DNA of 64,000 nucleotides from Alphaproteobacteria bacterium (GTDB lineage: Bacteria; Pseudomonadota; Alphaproteobacteria; UBA2966), in contig OZ219856.1 of the NCBI GenBank assembly GCA_964291395.2, forward strand, positions 2,080,001 through 2,144,000, in the 5' to 3' direction. Each line of letters starts with the position of its first letter. Within the stretch, counting starts at the first letter, position 1. Below the pieces are notes generated by a model that ran no database searches, was not told where the DNA came from, and worked only from the letters and a program-made list of their open reading frames with translations. This document shows positions 1 to 12,599 of the stretch, one piece after another. A program made the position numbers and the translations under genes.

Positions 1-663
1 ATCCTCGATGTTCAGAGCGTAGAGCTGATTGTCGTTGGTAACGGTGAACAGCCGGCCGTTGACCACCGTAGGCGCTCCCCTCAGCGGAACCCCGACGTTC
101 CGTCGCCAAATCTCGGCGCCGCTTTCCGCAAGCATGGCAATCGCCTCGCCGTACCCCGTCGCCACGTACAGAATACCGCCGTCATACCCTAGGCCACCGC
201 CGATAGCGCCCCGATCCTCGTCTTTCGGGACGATGTTGTAACGCCAGACCCGCTGTCCGTTATCCACTCGATGCGCCGCAACGCTACCTTCGGAATCCAG
301 AATGAAGACGCGGTTGCCGGCTACGATCGGCGCCGCAGTGAGGCGTACCAGATCGCCCGCCCCCCGGCCGGCCGACACTCCCCAGGCTTGTGATGGCGTA
401 TCTCCCAGCGTCAGATGGTGCATCGCATGCGTCGGGTGACCGCCTGCTTGCGGCCAATCCTCATTTACGTACGGTCGGGGCAAGCGAACACTGATGTCGG
501 CGATCCGCTGATCGGGCTGGAGAGTCCGCTGCAGCGCGATGACGGAGATCCGCTCACCAGGCAGCGGAACGTCCTGAGTGCCTTCGACATATTCGGTAAT
601 CCTTTCGCACGCGCCGAGCACAACAATCAGCGCGGCACCCATCACTATGCCGGCGTATCGCAT
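1..663 (-). CDS. bamB: PQQ-like beta-propeller outer-membrane lipoprotein (BamB-like), runs off window
   Basis: Manual translation MRYAGIVMGAALIVVLGAC (lipobox LGAC) then PLPGERISV; lies directly downstream of a YfgM-like gene, the usual alphaproteobacterial order. Confidence 0.75.
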   Translation of the reverse strand, partial: MRYAGIVMGAALIVVLGACERITEYVEGTQDVPLPGERISVIALQRTLQPDQRIADISVRLPRPYVNEDWPQAGGHPTHAMHHLTLGDTPSQAWGVSAGRGAGDLVRLTAAPIVAGNRVFILDSEGSVAAHRVDNGQRVWRYNIVPKDEDRGAIGGGLGYDGGILYVATGYGEAIAMLAESGAEIWRRNVGVPLRGAPTVVNGRLFTVTNDNQLYALNIED

Positions 664-668
664 GATGC

Positions 669-1322
669 TCAGGTGCCGTGCTCCACGGCGGCCAACAATT
701 CCGCAGCGCGGGCACGAATGCCCGGTGGTGCGCTGAGGTCGTCGGCAAGGGATGTGAACTCCCGTTTTGCCGTCTCCAGGTCACCTTCCTGAAGAGCCAG
801 AGCGCCCCGCAACTCGCGGGCCGAGTGCCGCCAGGGGTTGTCATCTTTCAGCAGTGGACCCAATCGCGTCGCGACTTGGTCATTAGCCGTACCGAGCTCT
901 AGCAGGGCCTGCGCACCGAGCAGTCGGGCCAAATCCCTCAGGTGCTGGTCGACACCGCCGTCCGAAGCCAAGCGGTCGTAAACTGAAAGAGCGACGCTGT
1001 GATCACCGATCTGCCGCAGTGCCGCAGCCTGCCTCAACCGGGCAAGCGCCCGATAACCGGCGCCAGCATCCTCGGCCAACGCGGCCAATGCGGCGGCTCC
1101 CTTGACCTGTTCACCCGATTCGATCAGTTGAACCGCAGTCATGAAGCGGGTGCTCTCCGATTCGCGGGTGGCAATCCTGTATTCCTTCCACCCCACGCTA
1201 CCCGCTGTGCCCAATACGATGACGGCGGCAAGCGTGATCACGTACTTGCCGTACTTCTTCCAGAGCTTCTGGTAGTGCTCCCGCCGTAGTTCTTCATCGA
1301 CTTCGTTGAAGACGTCGGCCAC
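669..1322 (-). CDS. YfgM-like tetratricopeptide-repeat membrane-anchored protein
   Basis: MADVFNEVDEELRRE...LWKKYG N-terminus, one TM helix, helical C-terminus. Confidence 0.85.
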   Translation of the reverse strand: MADVFNEVDEELRREHYQKLWKKYGKYVITLAAVIVLGTAGSVGWKEYRIATRESESTRFMTAVQLIESGEQVKGAAALAALAEDAGAGYRALARLRQAAALRQIGDHSVALSVYDRLASDGGVDQHLRDLARLLGAQALLELGTANDQVATRLGPLLKDDNPWRHSARELRGALALQEGDLETAKREFTSLADDLSAPPGIRARAAELLAAVEHGT

Positions 1323-1425
1323 GTTTGATCTCCGGATGTCCAGAAAGGACGGCTACCTTAGCCCGGGCCACCAAACGGAGCAATCTGAAGCAGTCGGCAG
1401 CGTGCGGATGGGTCCCATGCCCGTC

Positions 1426-2304
1426 TTATGCCGAGATCTTCCCGCCGTCCCGCGTGAAGGTGTACATCATAACCTGATCCACATCCGGAGCCGCCTCCTG
1501 AAGTTCCTTCATCGATTGGTAGGCGGATTCCGCTACCACCATCCGGCACCCGTCCGCTCTCGCTTCTTCGACGAAGGTCTCGATGTCCTTTCGGGCGATA
1601 CTGATCGTCGCACCGGTATCGTACGTTCCCGTCAACACGGTCAATGGAAAGTAGTGATCGGTAGCAATATTGCGCCCGGAGGTTGCTTCCAGAACTTCCA
1701 ACATCGTTTGCATGCTGAGACCGCCTTTTTCACCCCAAGCCAGAGCTTCGCTGGAAACCACCAGCGCCGTGTGGACCAGGCAGTTGTTCACGAGCTTCAT
1801 GCGCTGGCCATTTCCAACTTCGGACCCAAGATCAAAGACCTTCTCACTGAAGGTCTCGAACACGGGTGTTAGCCGCCGCAAGTGCTCGGGCTCACCCGAA
1901 AACATCACACGGGCTTGCGCCGCCCGCGTACGGGGTGGAGTTCCCGAGATGGTCGCGTCCGCGTAGCCGATGCCTTTTTCGTTCAATTGTTTATGGGCGG
2001 CGATGGCACATCTTGGGCTCGCCGTCGACGTATTCACGACGATGAGACCATCCGGCGCACTGGCGTCACAGATTTCCGCGACGACCGCCTCGACCGAGGC
2101 GATGGTCGGCAGGCACATGAATACGAGGCTGGAGCGTTCCACCACCTCGGCCACGGACGCGACGGCATGTGTTCCCGCAGGTGCGAGCTTCTCGGCCCCG
2201 GCGATGTCGAAAACCGCCATCTCGAATCCGCCTTTCGCAATATTGCCGGCGATCGCGCTGCCGAGGTTTCCAAGACCGATAAATCCGATCTTCTCCTGAC
2301 TCAT
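1426..2304 (-). CDS. NAD(P)-dependent oxidoreductase, 3-hydroxyisobutyrate dehydrogenase family
   Basis: KIGFIGLGNLG Rossmann motif and MKLVNN catalytic-Lys motif. Confidence 0.9.
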   Translation of the reverse strand: MSQEKIGFIGLGNLGSAIAGNIAKGGFEMAVFDIAGAEKLAPAGTHAVASVAEVVERSSLVFMCLPTIASVEAVVAEICDASAPDGLIVVNTSTASPRCAIAAHKQLNEKGIGYADATISGTPPRTRAAQARVMFSGEPEHLRRLTPVFETFSEKVFDLGSEVGNGQRMKLVNNCLVHTALVVSSEALAWGEKGGLSMQTMLEVLEATSGRNIATDHYFPLTVLTGTYDTGATISIARKDIETFVEEARADGCRMVVAESAYQSMKELQEAAPDVDQVMMYTFTRDGGKISA

Positions 2305-2499
2305 GCGCCTTTCTCCTTCACTCTTGGTCGATCGTACCCGCCCTGCGCAAGCTCGTGCGTTTTTCCCGTCAGGACGACACTTTGCCGCCGTTACGCGTAT
2401 AGGGATACATCACCGTCTGGTCCATCCCGGGCACCTGTTCCTGACAATCCTTGAGCACTTTGTAGGCGGTCCCGGCGACGACGTGCAGGCGACCGGCGG

Positions 2500-4047
2500 C
2501 TATTCCCATTCAATGGTGCCGGGCGGTTTCGAGGTGACGTCGTAGACAACACGGTTGATACCTTTCACCTCGTTGACGATTCGGTTGGCCACATTGCCGA
2601 TAAACTTCATGTCATAGGGATAATAGTCGGCGGTCATTCCGTCCGTGGAAGTCACGGCACGAAGCGCGCAGACATAGTCATACGTGCGCTCATCGCCCAT
2701 CACACCGACGGTCCGCACGGGCAGCAGCACCGCGAAGGCCTGCCAGATGTCGTCGTAGAGTCCCGCACGCCGAATCTCCTCCAGATAGATCCTGTCGGCT
2801 CCGCGCAGGATATCCAGCTTCTCGGAGGTCACTTCCCCAGGTATGCGTATGGCCAACCCCGGCCCCGGGAAGGGATGGCGCCCGACGAGAGAATCGGGAA
2901 GTCCCAACTCCCGCCCCAGTTCCCGCACTTCGTCCTTGAACAGTTCTCGAAGGGGCTCCACGAGCTTTAGGTTCATGCGCTCGGGAAGGCCTCCTACGTT
3001 GTGGTGGGATTTGATCGTCGCGCTCGGACCTCCGGCGGGAGAGACGGACTCGATCACATCTGGATACAGCGTCCCCTGCGCCAGGAATTCAGCACCGCCA
3101 ATCCCATCGGCCTCGCCTTCAAAAATCTCGAGGAACGTGCCGCCGATGATCTTCCGCTTCTCTTCGGGATCGGTGACTCCTCGCAGTTGCCGTAGGAAAA
3201 CATCGGCGGCGTCGCGAACGACAAGCGGGATGTTGTAGTGGTTGCGAAACACCTGCTCCACGTCCTCCGCCTCACCGGCACGCAACAGGCCCGTATCGAC
3301 GAAGATGCATGTGAGTTGATCGCCGATCGCTTCGTGCAGGAGAACGGCGGCCACCGACGAGTCGACACCGCCCGACAGGCCGCAGACGACACGTTCCTTG
3401 CCGACTCGCTTGCGAATGCTGGTGATGGCCGTCTGGCGGAACGCCGCCATATTCCAGTCACCCTTGCAGCCCGCCACCCGGTGGGTGAAGTTGCGCAAGA
3501 GCGCTCCGCCCCGTGGGGTATGGACGACCTCCGGATGAAACTGAACGCCGTAGTAGCGACGTTCATCGTCCGCGACGGCGGCGAACTCCGTCCCGTCACT
3601 GACGGCGACGGACCGAAATCCTTCGGGGAGCCGGGTGACCCTGTCGCCGTGGCTCATCCACACCTGTTCTCGATCGCCGGTTGCCCACAACCCATCGAAC
3701 AGATCGCAGCAATCCGTGATTTCGATGAACGCGCGCCCGAATTCGCGATGGTCAGCGGTCTCCACTTCGCCACCGAGCTGAGCGACCATGGTCTGCTCGC
3801 CGTAACAGATCCCGAGGACCGGGACACCGAGCTCGAATGTCAGTCCGGGAGCCCGTGGCGTATCCGCCCCCAGCACGGATGCAGGGCCGCCCGAAAGGAT
3901 GACGCCCCGAGGCATGAATTGCTCTAGTGCGGGTTGCGACTTGTCGAAGGGGACGATCTCGCAATAAACGCCGTTTTCACGAATTCTGCGAGCGATGAGC
4001 TGTGTTACCTGGGAACCAAAATCGATAATGAGCACGCCGTCGGTCAT
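2500..4047 (-). CDS. guaA: GMP synthase (glutamine-hydrolysing)
   Basis: [41 protein letters not shown]. Confidence 0.99.
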   Translation of the reverse strand: MTDGVLIIDFGSQVTQLIARRIRENGVYCEIVPFDKSQPALEQFMPRGVILSGGPASVLGADTPRAPGLTFELGVPVLGICYGEQTMVAQLGGEVETADHREFGRAFIEITDCCDLFDGLWATGDREQVWMSHGDRVTRLPEGFRSVAVSDGTEFAAVADDERRYYGVQFHPEVVHTPRGGALLRNFTHRVAGCKGDWNMAAFRQTAITSIRKRVGKERVVCGLSGGVDSSVAAVLLHEAIGDQLTCIFVDTGLLRAGEAEDVEQVFRNHYNIPLVVRDAADVFLRQLRGVTDPEEKRKIIGGTFLEIFEGEADGIGGAEFLAQGTLYPDVIESVSPAGGPSATIKSHHNVGGLPERMNLKLVEPLRELFKDEVRELGRELGLPDSLVGRHPFPGPGLAIRIPGEVTSEKLDILRGADRIYLEEIRRAGLYDDIWQAFAVLLPVRTVGVMGDERTYDYVCALRAVTSTDGMTADYYPYDMKFIGNVANRIVNEVKGINRVVYDVTSKPPGTIEWE

Positions 4048-4166
4048 CGCCCGAACGTATGCTCCGGTCTTCGGGAAGTCCAGTTTAACTGGAACCGCGA
4101 TAGGGAACGTCGCAATTTCCCCGCGTGATCGATCAGGAAAGGTGTGTCAACGCGAGTCGCCTTTTC

Positions 4167-4655
4167 TCACTTCTCATAGGCGATCACATGCTTGCGCAAA
4201 TCCCGATATTCGGGGCAGTCATATGCGCACAGCCGCCCCAGCTTATCGAGGTGTTCCTTCGCCTTCTCGAGATTCCCGACCTTCAAATAAGCTTCACCGA
4301 CATATTCGTGAGCTCCAAGGTGCTTCGGGTCCAGTTCTAACGCCCGGGCGTAATGCTCGAAGGCACGGTCATAGTCGCCGAGCTTCCGATGGCAGTACCC
4401 CAAGAGGTTTTGAGCGTCGGCACTCCTGGAATTCCGCGCCAAGGATTTCTCGAGAAGCGCGATGGCGCCCTTCCAGTCCTCGGCGTCGATGCGTTTCTCG
4501 GCCTGCTGATAATACGTGCCGGCGGGCTCCCTCCCGGTCAACTGCGAACTGCCCGCAGAGCCAGCGCCACCTCCCGAGCTGGCAGCCTCTGCAACCGACG
4601 CCGCGAACATAAAACCGGCCAACAGCATGAGGCTCAATCCGTAGAGATTCTTCAT
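4167..4655 (-). CDS. Secreted tetratricopeptide-repeat protein
   Basis: Signal peptide plus TPR motifs (NLLGYCHRKLG, HEYVGEAYLKVG); ATGA overlap with upstream gene. Confidence 0.85.
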   Translation of the reverse strand: MKNLYGLSLMLLAGFMFAASVAEAASSGGGAGSAGSSQLTGREPAGTYYQQAEKRIDAEDWKGAIALLEKSLARNSRSADAQNLLGYCHRKLGDYDRAFEHYARALELDPKHLGAHEYVGEAYLKVGNLEKAKEHLDKLGRLCAYDCPEYRDLRKHVIAYEK

Positions 4656-5986
4656 GAGATAATCCTTTCAGGCCCCTGTTCCCGCCGTTCCAGGATGGCG
4701 ATGAAAAAACCGTCTGTACCGTACCGGCGGGGCGTCAACAAAACACAATCTCGTTCCCGCGGCGCCGGACTGTCGAGAACATGGGTCCAGACCTCGCCAA
4801 CCGGTACGGGTCCGAAGTTAGGATGCTCCGAGAGGAATTCCTCGACGCGCTGCTCGTTCTCCGCCCCCAACAACGAGCAGGTGGCGTAGACAAGCCGCCC
4901 GCCTGGGCGCACCAGATCCGCTGCCCTGGCGAGCAGAGCGCGTTGCGTCGAAACGTTGCGCTCCGTATCGGCGGGCGACAGACGCCAGGCAAGGTCCGGA
5001 TTTCGGCGGATCGTGCCGGTTCCCGTACAGGGCGCATCGATGAGCACACGATCCGCCGATGCCAGGTGTCCCGTGAACCATGGATCGCCAGCGCCCGAAA
5101 TCTCATGGGCTTCAACGATCGAGACACCTGCGCGCCGGAGTCTCGGTGCCATGCGGCGAAGGCGTGAACCGTTGACATCGCAGGCGTGGATGACGCCCCG
5201 GTTCATCAGGGCCGCCGCCAGGGCGAGCGATTTTCCGCCGGCACCGGCACACAGATCGATCACGGTTTGGCCCGGTTGCGCCTGGACAAGAGCCGCAGCG
5301 ACCTGCGAACCCTCGTCCTGGACTTCGACCAGGCCGTCACGATAAGCCCGCGTACCCAGCACCGATGCGCGACCGGCGATCCGCAGTCCGGTAGACGCAT
5401 GGGGACAACGCTCGGCCACTACGTTTTCCTCGGCCAATGCCCTCGCCGCCTCCTCCGGCGTGGCCTTGAGCGTGTTGACCCGCAAGTCCAGAGGTGGCCG
5501 TCGCTGCATGGCCGCGAATTCAGCGCCCGTCGAATCACCTAGATAACCCATGACTTCGTGAAACAGCCATTCGGGGCAATTCGCCTCGACCCAGCCGGGG
5601 AGGCCCGTTGGACGAGCGCCGCACCGCCGAATGGCCGCCAACAGGTCCAGTTCATGTTGCTCGAGGGCGGGCGGCCCGAAGCGGCTCGAGTCGAATAGCG
5701 CATTTACGCAGGACTGGTCCTCGCCACGATCAAGGACGAGTTGGGCCAACACCAGCAGGCGTGGCCCGACGAGCTGGCGATTGCCGCATTTCTCGATGAT
5801 CCAGGCGAGTTTCGCCCGTTGCCGTAGAACACCGTAGACCATGGCGTTGATCGCCGCGCGATCCTTTGAACCGGCGAAACGATGGCCTTGATACCAGCGA
5901 TCGACGACACGGTCCGCGGGCCGACCGAGCGCGTCGACAAGCCCCAGAATATCGATGGCTGCGGCGACACGCGCGGCCGGTGTCAA
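4652..5986 (-). CDS. RsmB/NOP family SAM-dependent RNA m5C methyltransferase
   Basis: MTPAAR start, VQDEGSQ, DLCAGAGGK, DAPCTGTG, YATCS. Confidence 0.95.
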   Translation of the reverse strand: MTPAARVAAAIDILGLVDALGRPADRVVDRWYQGHRFAGSKDRAAINAMVYGVLRQRAKLAWIIEKCGNRQLVGPRLLVLAQLVLDRGEDQSCVNALFDSSRFGPPALEQHELDLLAAIRRCGARPTGLPGWVEANCPEWLFHEVMGYLGDSTGAEFAAMQRRPPLDLRVNTLKATPEEAARALAEENVVAERCPHASTGLRIAGRASVLGTRAYRDGLVEVQDEGSQVAAALVQAQPGQTVIDLCAGAGGKSLALAAALMNRGVIHACDVNGSRLRRMAPRLRRAGVSIVEAHEISGAGDPWFTGHLASADRVLIDAPCTGTGTIRRNPDLAWRLSPADTERNVSTQRALLARAADLVRPGGRLVYATCSLLGAENEQRVEEFLSEHPNFGPVPVGEVWTHVLDSPAPRERDCVLLTPRRYGTDGFFIAILERREQGPERIIS

Positions 5987-6007
5987 CGATCTCTCCGGTC
6001 GCGGTCC

Positions 6008-7546
<1,539 letters not shown>

Positions 7547-7921
7547 TCACAGAATGAATGCCCGGAATATGAGCTGCGCCGCCTGATAAATCACCACGAT
7601 CTCAAGGAAAATCATCAAGAGGCCCGCGCGGTTCAGGCGCATCATCGAAGACTTATTCCCGGGGTCGATGTTGATCCGGTCAAGAATCTTCATCAGCCCC
7701 AGTTGCAGGTAATAGTGCGCCCCGCCCAGCACGAAAACCGCGAGCCCCGTGTCCACGGTGAAAAACCGCAGCCCCTTGACCGAATCTATGGGAATCTCCG
7801 GATGCTTGGAGAAGATGTGAAGCCCGCACGCCAGCCAGACGGCCCCGACGAACCCCCAAGCGAAGATGACCTGAGCTTTCGTGCTCTTGATGATACGCCC
7901 CCTATGGCTTTGAGCCGACAT
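7547..7921 (-). CDS. Hypothetical membrane protein (about 3 hydrophobic segments)
   Basis: 124-aa ORF filling the rlmE-guaB gap; no recognised family. Confidence 0.5.
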   Translation of the reverse strand: MSAQSHRGRIIKSTKAQVIFAWGFVGAVWLACGLHIFSKHPEIPIDSVKGLRFFTVDTGLAVFVLGGAHYYLQLGLMKILDRINIDPGNKSSMMRLNRAGLLMIFLEIVVIYQAAQLIFRAFIL

Positions 7922-8004
7922 TCGGATTGAACGAGGCCGGCTGAACGGCGAGCGGCACGGCAAATGGTAACATCCGCCGTTTTGGGTCTCCAATCGCGGA
8001 CTGG

Positions 8005-8721
8005 TCAGGCTTCGAAGCCGGACTGCCTGAAATCCGCCGCAATGACGTAGGTTTCGGCAGATTCACGTCGGCTCGCGACGGGCTTCGCGTGCTTGACTAT
8101 CCGAAACGCCGCCTTCATCGCGGCGAGCAGCTCCCTTTCGGATCCCCCCTGGTACACCTTGGCGACGAATACACCATGAGGGCGTAGAATTCGGCATGCG
8201 ACGTCGAACGCCGCCTCCGCCAGCGCGACTATCCGCAGATGATCAGTGGATCGATGACCGGTCGATGCCGGCGCCATGTCTGACAGTACCACGTCGACAC
8301 CGCGTTCCGCTGCTCCGAGGATCGTTTCGATGGCGCTCCCGTCAAGGACGTCGGCACTGACGACCAGGGCACCCGCCACCGGATCCATGGGTGACACGTC
8401 GACGGCGATTACATTGCCCCGTCCCGCGCGCTCGACGGCCACCTGCGTCCAACCACCCGGTGCGGCACCGAGATCAACGACGCGCGCTCCCGCCCTTAGA
8501 AACCCGAACCGGTCGTCCAGTTCGGTCAGCTTGAATGCCGCGCGCGATCTGTACCCGGCCTTCTTCGCCCGCGCGACAAAAGGGTCGTTCAATTGCCGCG
8601 ACAGCCATCGCATTGAAGATGCCTTGCGGCCGCGGGCGGTCTTCAGCCGGACCTGGTCTCGCTTCGTGGCCGAGCCCCTCGGGGTTCTCGTCCGGCCGCC
8701 ACCCGGGCGCGACCGGCTCAC
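8005..8721 (-). CDS. rlmE: 23S rRNA Um2552 methyltransferase
   Basis: GYRSRAAFKL, DLGAAPGGW, LSDMAP, SRRESAE. Confidence 0.97.
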   Translation of the reverse strand: MSRSRPGGGRTRTPRGSATKRDQVRLKTARGRKASSMRWLSRQLNDPFVARAKKAGYRSRAAFKLTELDDRFGFLRAGARVVDLGAAPGGWTQVAVERAGRGNVIAVDVSPMDPVAGALVVSADVLDGSAIETILGAAERGVDVVLSDMAPASTGHRSTDHLRIVALAEAAFDVACRILRPHGVFVAKVYQGGSERELLAAMKAAFRIVKHAKPVASRRESAETYVIAADFRQSGFEA

Positions 8722-9791
8722 GGACGGGCTTCCGCGTCCGCCGCCCCCATGAGCGCGAGAAGCATTCCTTCACGCAGGCCCCTGTCGGCAACGCGCAGCT
8801 TCTCCGCCGGCCAGGCCTTGGAGATCGCCTCGATGATGGCGCAGCCAGCGATGACGAGGTCGGCCCGCCCCCGGCGAATGCAGGCATGATTGGCCCGCTG
8901 ATCGTATGGCATCGCACTGACAGCGCGGGTGACCTTGCCGAGGTCCCCCGTGGATAGCCAGGCACCGTCAACCCTGGACCGATCGTAGCGGGTAAGACCA
9001 AGGTGGACGGCGGTCAATGTCGTCACGGTGCCCGAGGTGCCCAGCATATGGACGTCGCCGTCCCGAATGGCGGCCTGCATATCGTGATCGGAAATGAATG
9101 GATCGAGCAGTCCGCTGACGTGATCGACGAGGTGACCGTAACCCTCCGGGTCGCCGCCACAATCACCGAATTCCTCCGACAGCGTCACGACGCCACAGGG
9201 CAGCGAGGTCCAGCCCAGGATCTCGGGTTTCTGACCGTTGGACAGGCCGAGCCACATGAGCTCCGTGCTGCCGCCACCGATGTCAAAGACGAGCGCCCTT
9301 CGGCACCGGCTGTCTAGTAGCGGCGAACATCCCGCGAGTGCCAGTTCTGCTTCTTCGGCCGGCGTGATGATATCGAGTTCGATTCCCGCCTCTTCGCGCG
9401 CGCGCCGCAGGAATTCGTCACAATTACTCGCCCGCCGGCACGCCTCCGTGGCAATGCTTCGGGATCGCGTGACGCGGCGGCGGCGCATCTTGCCCGCACA
9501 GACCTTGAGGGCCGAAATGGTGCGGGAAATCGCATCATCGGAGAGCCGACCAGAGGCGCCGACGCCTTCGCCGAGGCGAACGATTCTTGAAAACGCGTCG
9601 ATGACTCGAAAGCCACGGCGGGTCGGCCGCGCCACCAAAAGACGGCAATTGTTCGTCCCCAGATCCAGCGCGGCATAAACGTGGCGCCATCGTCCTCGCG
9701 GACGGCGGTTGCGCCTTCGCAACGAGAGCGATACCAAATCCGCCAATGCCCCCTGCCCTGGACGCCAACCAGCGCCCACCGGCTTGTTCAC
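8718..9791 (-). CDS. ppx: Ppx/GppA family phosphatase
   Basis: ALDLGTNNCRL, DIGGGSTE, GLREG. Confidence 0.92.
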   Translation of the reverse strand: MNKPVGAGWRPGQGALADLVSLSLRRRNRRPRGRWRHVYAALDLGTNNCRLLVARPTRRGFRVIDAFSRIVRLGEGVGASGRLSDDAISRTISALKVCAGKMRRRRVTRSRSIATEACRRASNCDEFLRRAREEAGIELDIITPAEEAELALAGCSPLLDSRCRRALVFDIGGGSTELMWLGLSNGQKPEILGWTSLPCGVVTLSEEFGDCGGDPEGYGHLVDHVSGLLDPFISDHDMQAAIRDGDVHMLGTSGTVTTLTAVHLGLTRYDRSRVDGAWLSTGDLGKVTRAVSAMPYDQRANHACIRRGRADLVIAGCAIIEAISKAWPAEKLRVADRGLREGMLLALMGAADAEARP

Positions 9792-9926
9792 GTTTCAGGT
9801 TCAGTCTAGCAGCTTCGAATTGCACGGGCCACGCGCCGGAGTACTCCGGCCGACCGTCGTTGACAGCCCTCGGGCCCGTTCCTATGTTCCGGAACTTCAG
9901 AGTTCGGCCGCTTGATGCGGTCCTGC

Positions 9927-10000
9927 TGGGGGATCGTCTAATGGTAGGACAGCAGGTTCTGGCCCTGCCGGTGGGGGTTCGAGTCCCTCTCCCCCAGCCA
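9927..10000 (+). tRNA. tRNA-Gln (anticodon CTG)
   Basis: Cloverleaf: TGGGGGA acceptor, anticodon arm GCAGG-TTCTGGC-CCTGC, GGTTCGAGTCC T-arm, encoded CCA. Confidence 0.96.
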
Positions 10001-10501
10001 AAGATAGCTTTACGTTTATATTCAAATGGTTATGGGACTCGACACCAAAACGAACCGAACCGGACGGGTCCGTCTAAGAAAGTCCGCCCGCCATTGGACA
10101 GCGGTCCATCAGGATTCCGAGAAATCGGAGGGTAACGGGAGGATGCGCGATCAGGAACCGTCGCTCAACTTTCCACTGCGCGCGATCCGCGACACAGTCG
10201 TCATCTCTTCGGCCACCCATCCCGCCGACGTATCGGTAGCTGCGGCTCATGGCTTGGAGAAGCGGCGGCGTCGGAGCCACAGCCTTGATGCAACAAAGCT
10301 GAAACGCTATACCGGGTGGCGCGAGTGATCCCCTGACTGAGCGGGCAGAGACCGTCGAATTTTCCAAGCTCGACGGGGGGAACTCTATTCTCCGCTTTAG
10401 CCAAAGGGGGTAAGGCGCTCAGAATTTTGTCGGCAGGGAAGCAACACTGGATCGTTCCCCCTCAAAGTGGAACAATAAACTGATGGGAGGAGTATGGAGA
10501 A

Positions 10502-11656
10502 ATGAACAAGATAAAGGTTGGTCTTATTGGCGTGGGAAACTGCGCCAGTTCACTGATCCAAGGTCTGTACTACTACCAAGACAAGCGCCCCGAATTTGCA
10601 ATCGGTCTGATGCACTGGGACCTCGGCGGATACCGGCCCTCGGACATCGAGGTCGCCGTCGCATTCGATATCGACGAACGTAAGGTCGGAAGCGACCTGT
10701 CGGAAGCGATCTTTGCCCCCCCCAACTGCACAACCGTGTTCCAAGAAAACGTGCCCGCGATGGGTGTCCCGGTCCAAATGGGCCAGATCCTGGACGGATT
10801 TTCGACACACATGGCCAATTGGGATCGGTCGCAAACATTCCGACCGTCTCAAACGAAACAGCCGGAAAAGGACGACATCGTCCGTGAACTTCGCGAACGC
10901 GGTGTCGAAGTCCTTCTGAACTATCTGCCGGTGGGATCCGAACAGGCGACGCAGTTCTATGCGGAATGCGCCCTCGAAGCGGGATGCGCCTTCATCAACA
11001 ACATTCCGGTTTTCATCGCCTCGGACCCGGTCTGGGCCGAACGTTTCGATTTGGCCGGGCTGCCGATCATCGGGGATGACATCAAGGCGCAACTGGGCGC
11101 CACGATTACCCATCGTGCCCTGGTGGATCTGTTCAAGAAACGCGGCGTCAAACTGGAACGCACTTATCAGCTCAACACCGGCGGAAACACTGATTTTCTG
11201 AACATGCTCAACCGCGACCGACTGGCATCCAAGAAGGAATCCAAGACCGAAGCGGTCCAGTCGGTGGCGGGGATTCGATTGCCTGACAGCGAGATCCACG
11301 TTGGCCCCAGTGACTACGTTCCATGGCAAAAAGACAACAAGGTCTGCTTCATCCGCATGGAAGGTAAGCTCTTCGGGGACGTTCCCATGAATCTCGAGCT
11401 ACGCCTGTCGGTCGAGGATTCACCGAATTCGGCAGGTGTCTCGATCGACGCGATCCGCTGCGCGAAGTTGGCGCTGGACCGTGGTTTGAGCGGCCCCATC
11501 CATCCGCCGTCGAGCTACTTCTGCAAACATCCGCCGATCCAGCACACGGATGATGAGGCCTACCGCATGCTGGAAGATTTCATCGCGGATGGGGAAGAGG
11601 TCCGGAATGAAGTGTTTGATTTCGGCAGCGGGCAAAGGATCGAGGCTGCCGAATAA
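10502..11656 (+). CDS. ino1: Inositol-3-phosphate (myo-inositol-1-phosphate) synthase
   Basis: [46 protein letters not shown]. Confidence 0.95.
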   Translation: MNKIKVGLIGVGNCASSLIQGLYYYQDKRPEFAIGLMHWDLGGYRPSDIEVAVAFDIDERKVGSDLSEAIFAPPNCTTVFQENVPAMGVPVQMGQILDGFSTHMANWDRSQTFRPSQTKQPEKDDIVRELRERGVEVLLNYLPVGSEQATQFYAECALEAGCAFINNIPVFIASDPVWAERFDLAGLPIIGDDIKAQLGATITHRALVDLFKKRGVKLERTYQLNTGGNTDFLNMLNRDRLASKKESKTEAVQSVAGIRLPDSEIHVGPSDYVPWQKDNKVCFIRMEGKLFGDVPMNLELRLSVEDSPNSAGVSIDAIRCAKLALDRGLSGPIHPPSSYFCKHPPIQHTDDEAYRMLEDFIADGEEVRNEVFDFGSGQRIEAAE

Positions 11657-11948
11657 AGCACCGAGCAAAATGCTCGTACCCATTCTGGGGGTTCCCCTAA
11701 ACGAAGGGATCATTCGCACCCGAATCGTAGCCGGTGCGGATGAGTTCCTGGTAATCGCGGGCCACAGCGCTTGAACCGCCGAATCCTCTTTGCAGGAGAT
11801 CGCGAAGAAACTGGAAGTTCCGACCGGAACCTTCGGGAACGAGACCTTTGGGACGTCGGAGAGCGGAATTCCGCTCGGTGCGGACACCTACATCGACAAC
11901 CCCTTGGCCGACAGGTCTGACGTGACCCGCGTTCGGTGGGTCGGCTGA
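11607..11948 (+). pseudogene. Decayed NTP-transferase (IPCT-like inositol-1-phosphate cytidylyltransferase)
   Basis: [14 protein letters not shown]...SKMLVPILGVPL nucleotidyltransferase N-terminus; in-frame TGA at 11772; same frame resumes with LGADTYIDNPLADRSDVTRVR then stops. Confidence 0.75.
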
Positions 11949-12599
11949 CTAGGTCATGCCGACCCTGGCAACTATTGCGGCGATTATGAATGCGGAGGCG
12001 ATCCGCCGGTTGGTCGTTTGCCGGAATGAATGGCTTGATGGCTGCGCAGCAAATGATCCGCTCGGTGGCAACTGAAGTCGAAGGAGGTTTTCGCAGCGAT
12101 CTTCTGCGAAACGCAGACGGCCTGTCGAAGATCAAGAACTCCGAAACATCGTCGAGGAGAGTCCGCACCTGGCGGGACGCCACCTAAGGTCATGATCCCA
12201 GGGCGCTGACCGCACGACGCAAGGTGACGCCCTGGCCTTGGCTCGAGGTGCCGCTCATGGACACGGGGCCCCGTCCCTAGGGGTCCGCCAAGGCCCGTGC
12301 AGGATGCGAGCGTCATTCGATCCCGGCGCGTTAACAAAGTGTCATATTTCAGAAGCATATTGGGCCGCGGCATTTCACCGTGAGGCAGGGGAGGCATGGC
12401 GGCTCTTGCTCTGTCGGGTCCGGACAACGTAGCCACCGGGCGCGCGAGATCACGCACCAAGCGTTCGCCTAGGGGGACTTGCCGCCGGTGCCGGCGTGGC
12501 CCTTGGAGGAAATGATAAAATGAACCCTGCGGTAATGCTTCCCAACCACGACATGGAAAGGACGACTGCAAACCGAACACATCCGGTCTCGGCCGTGAG

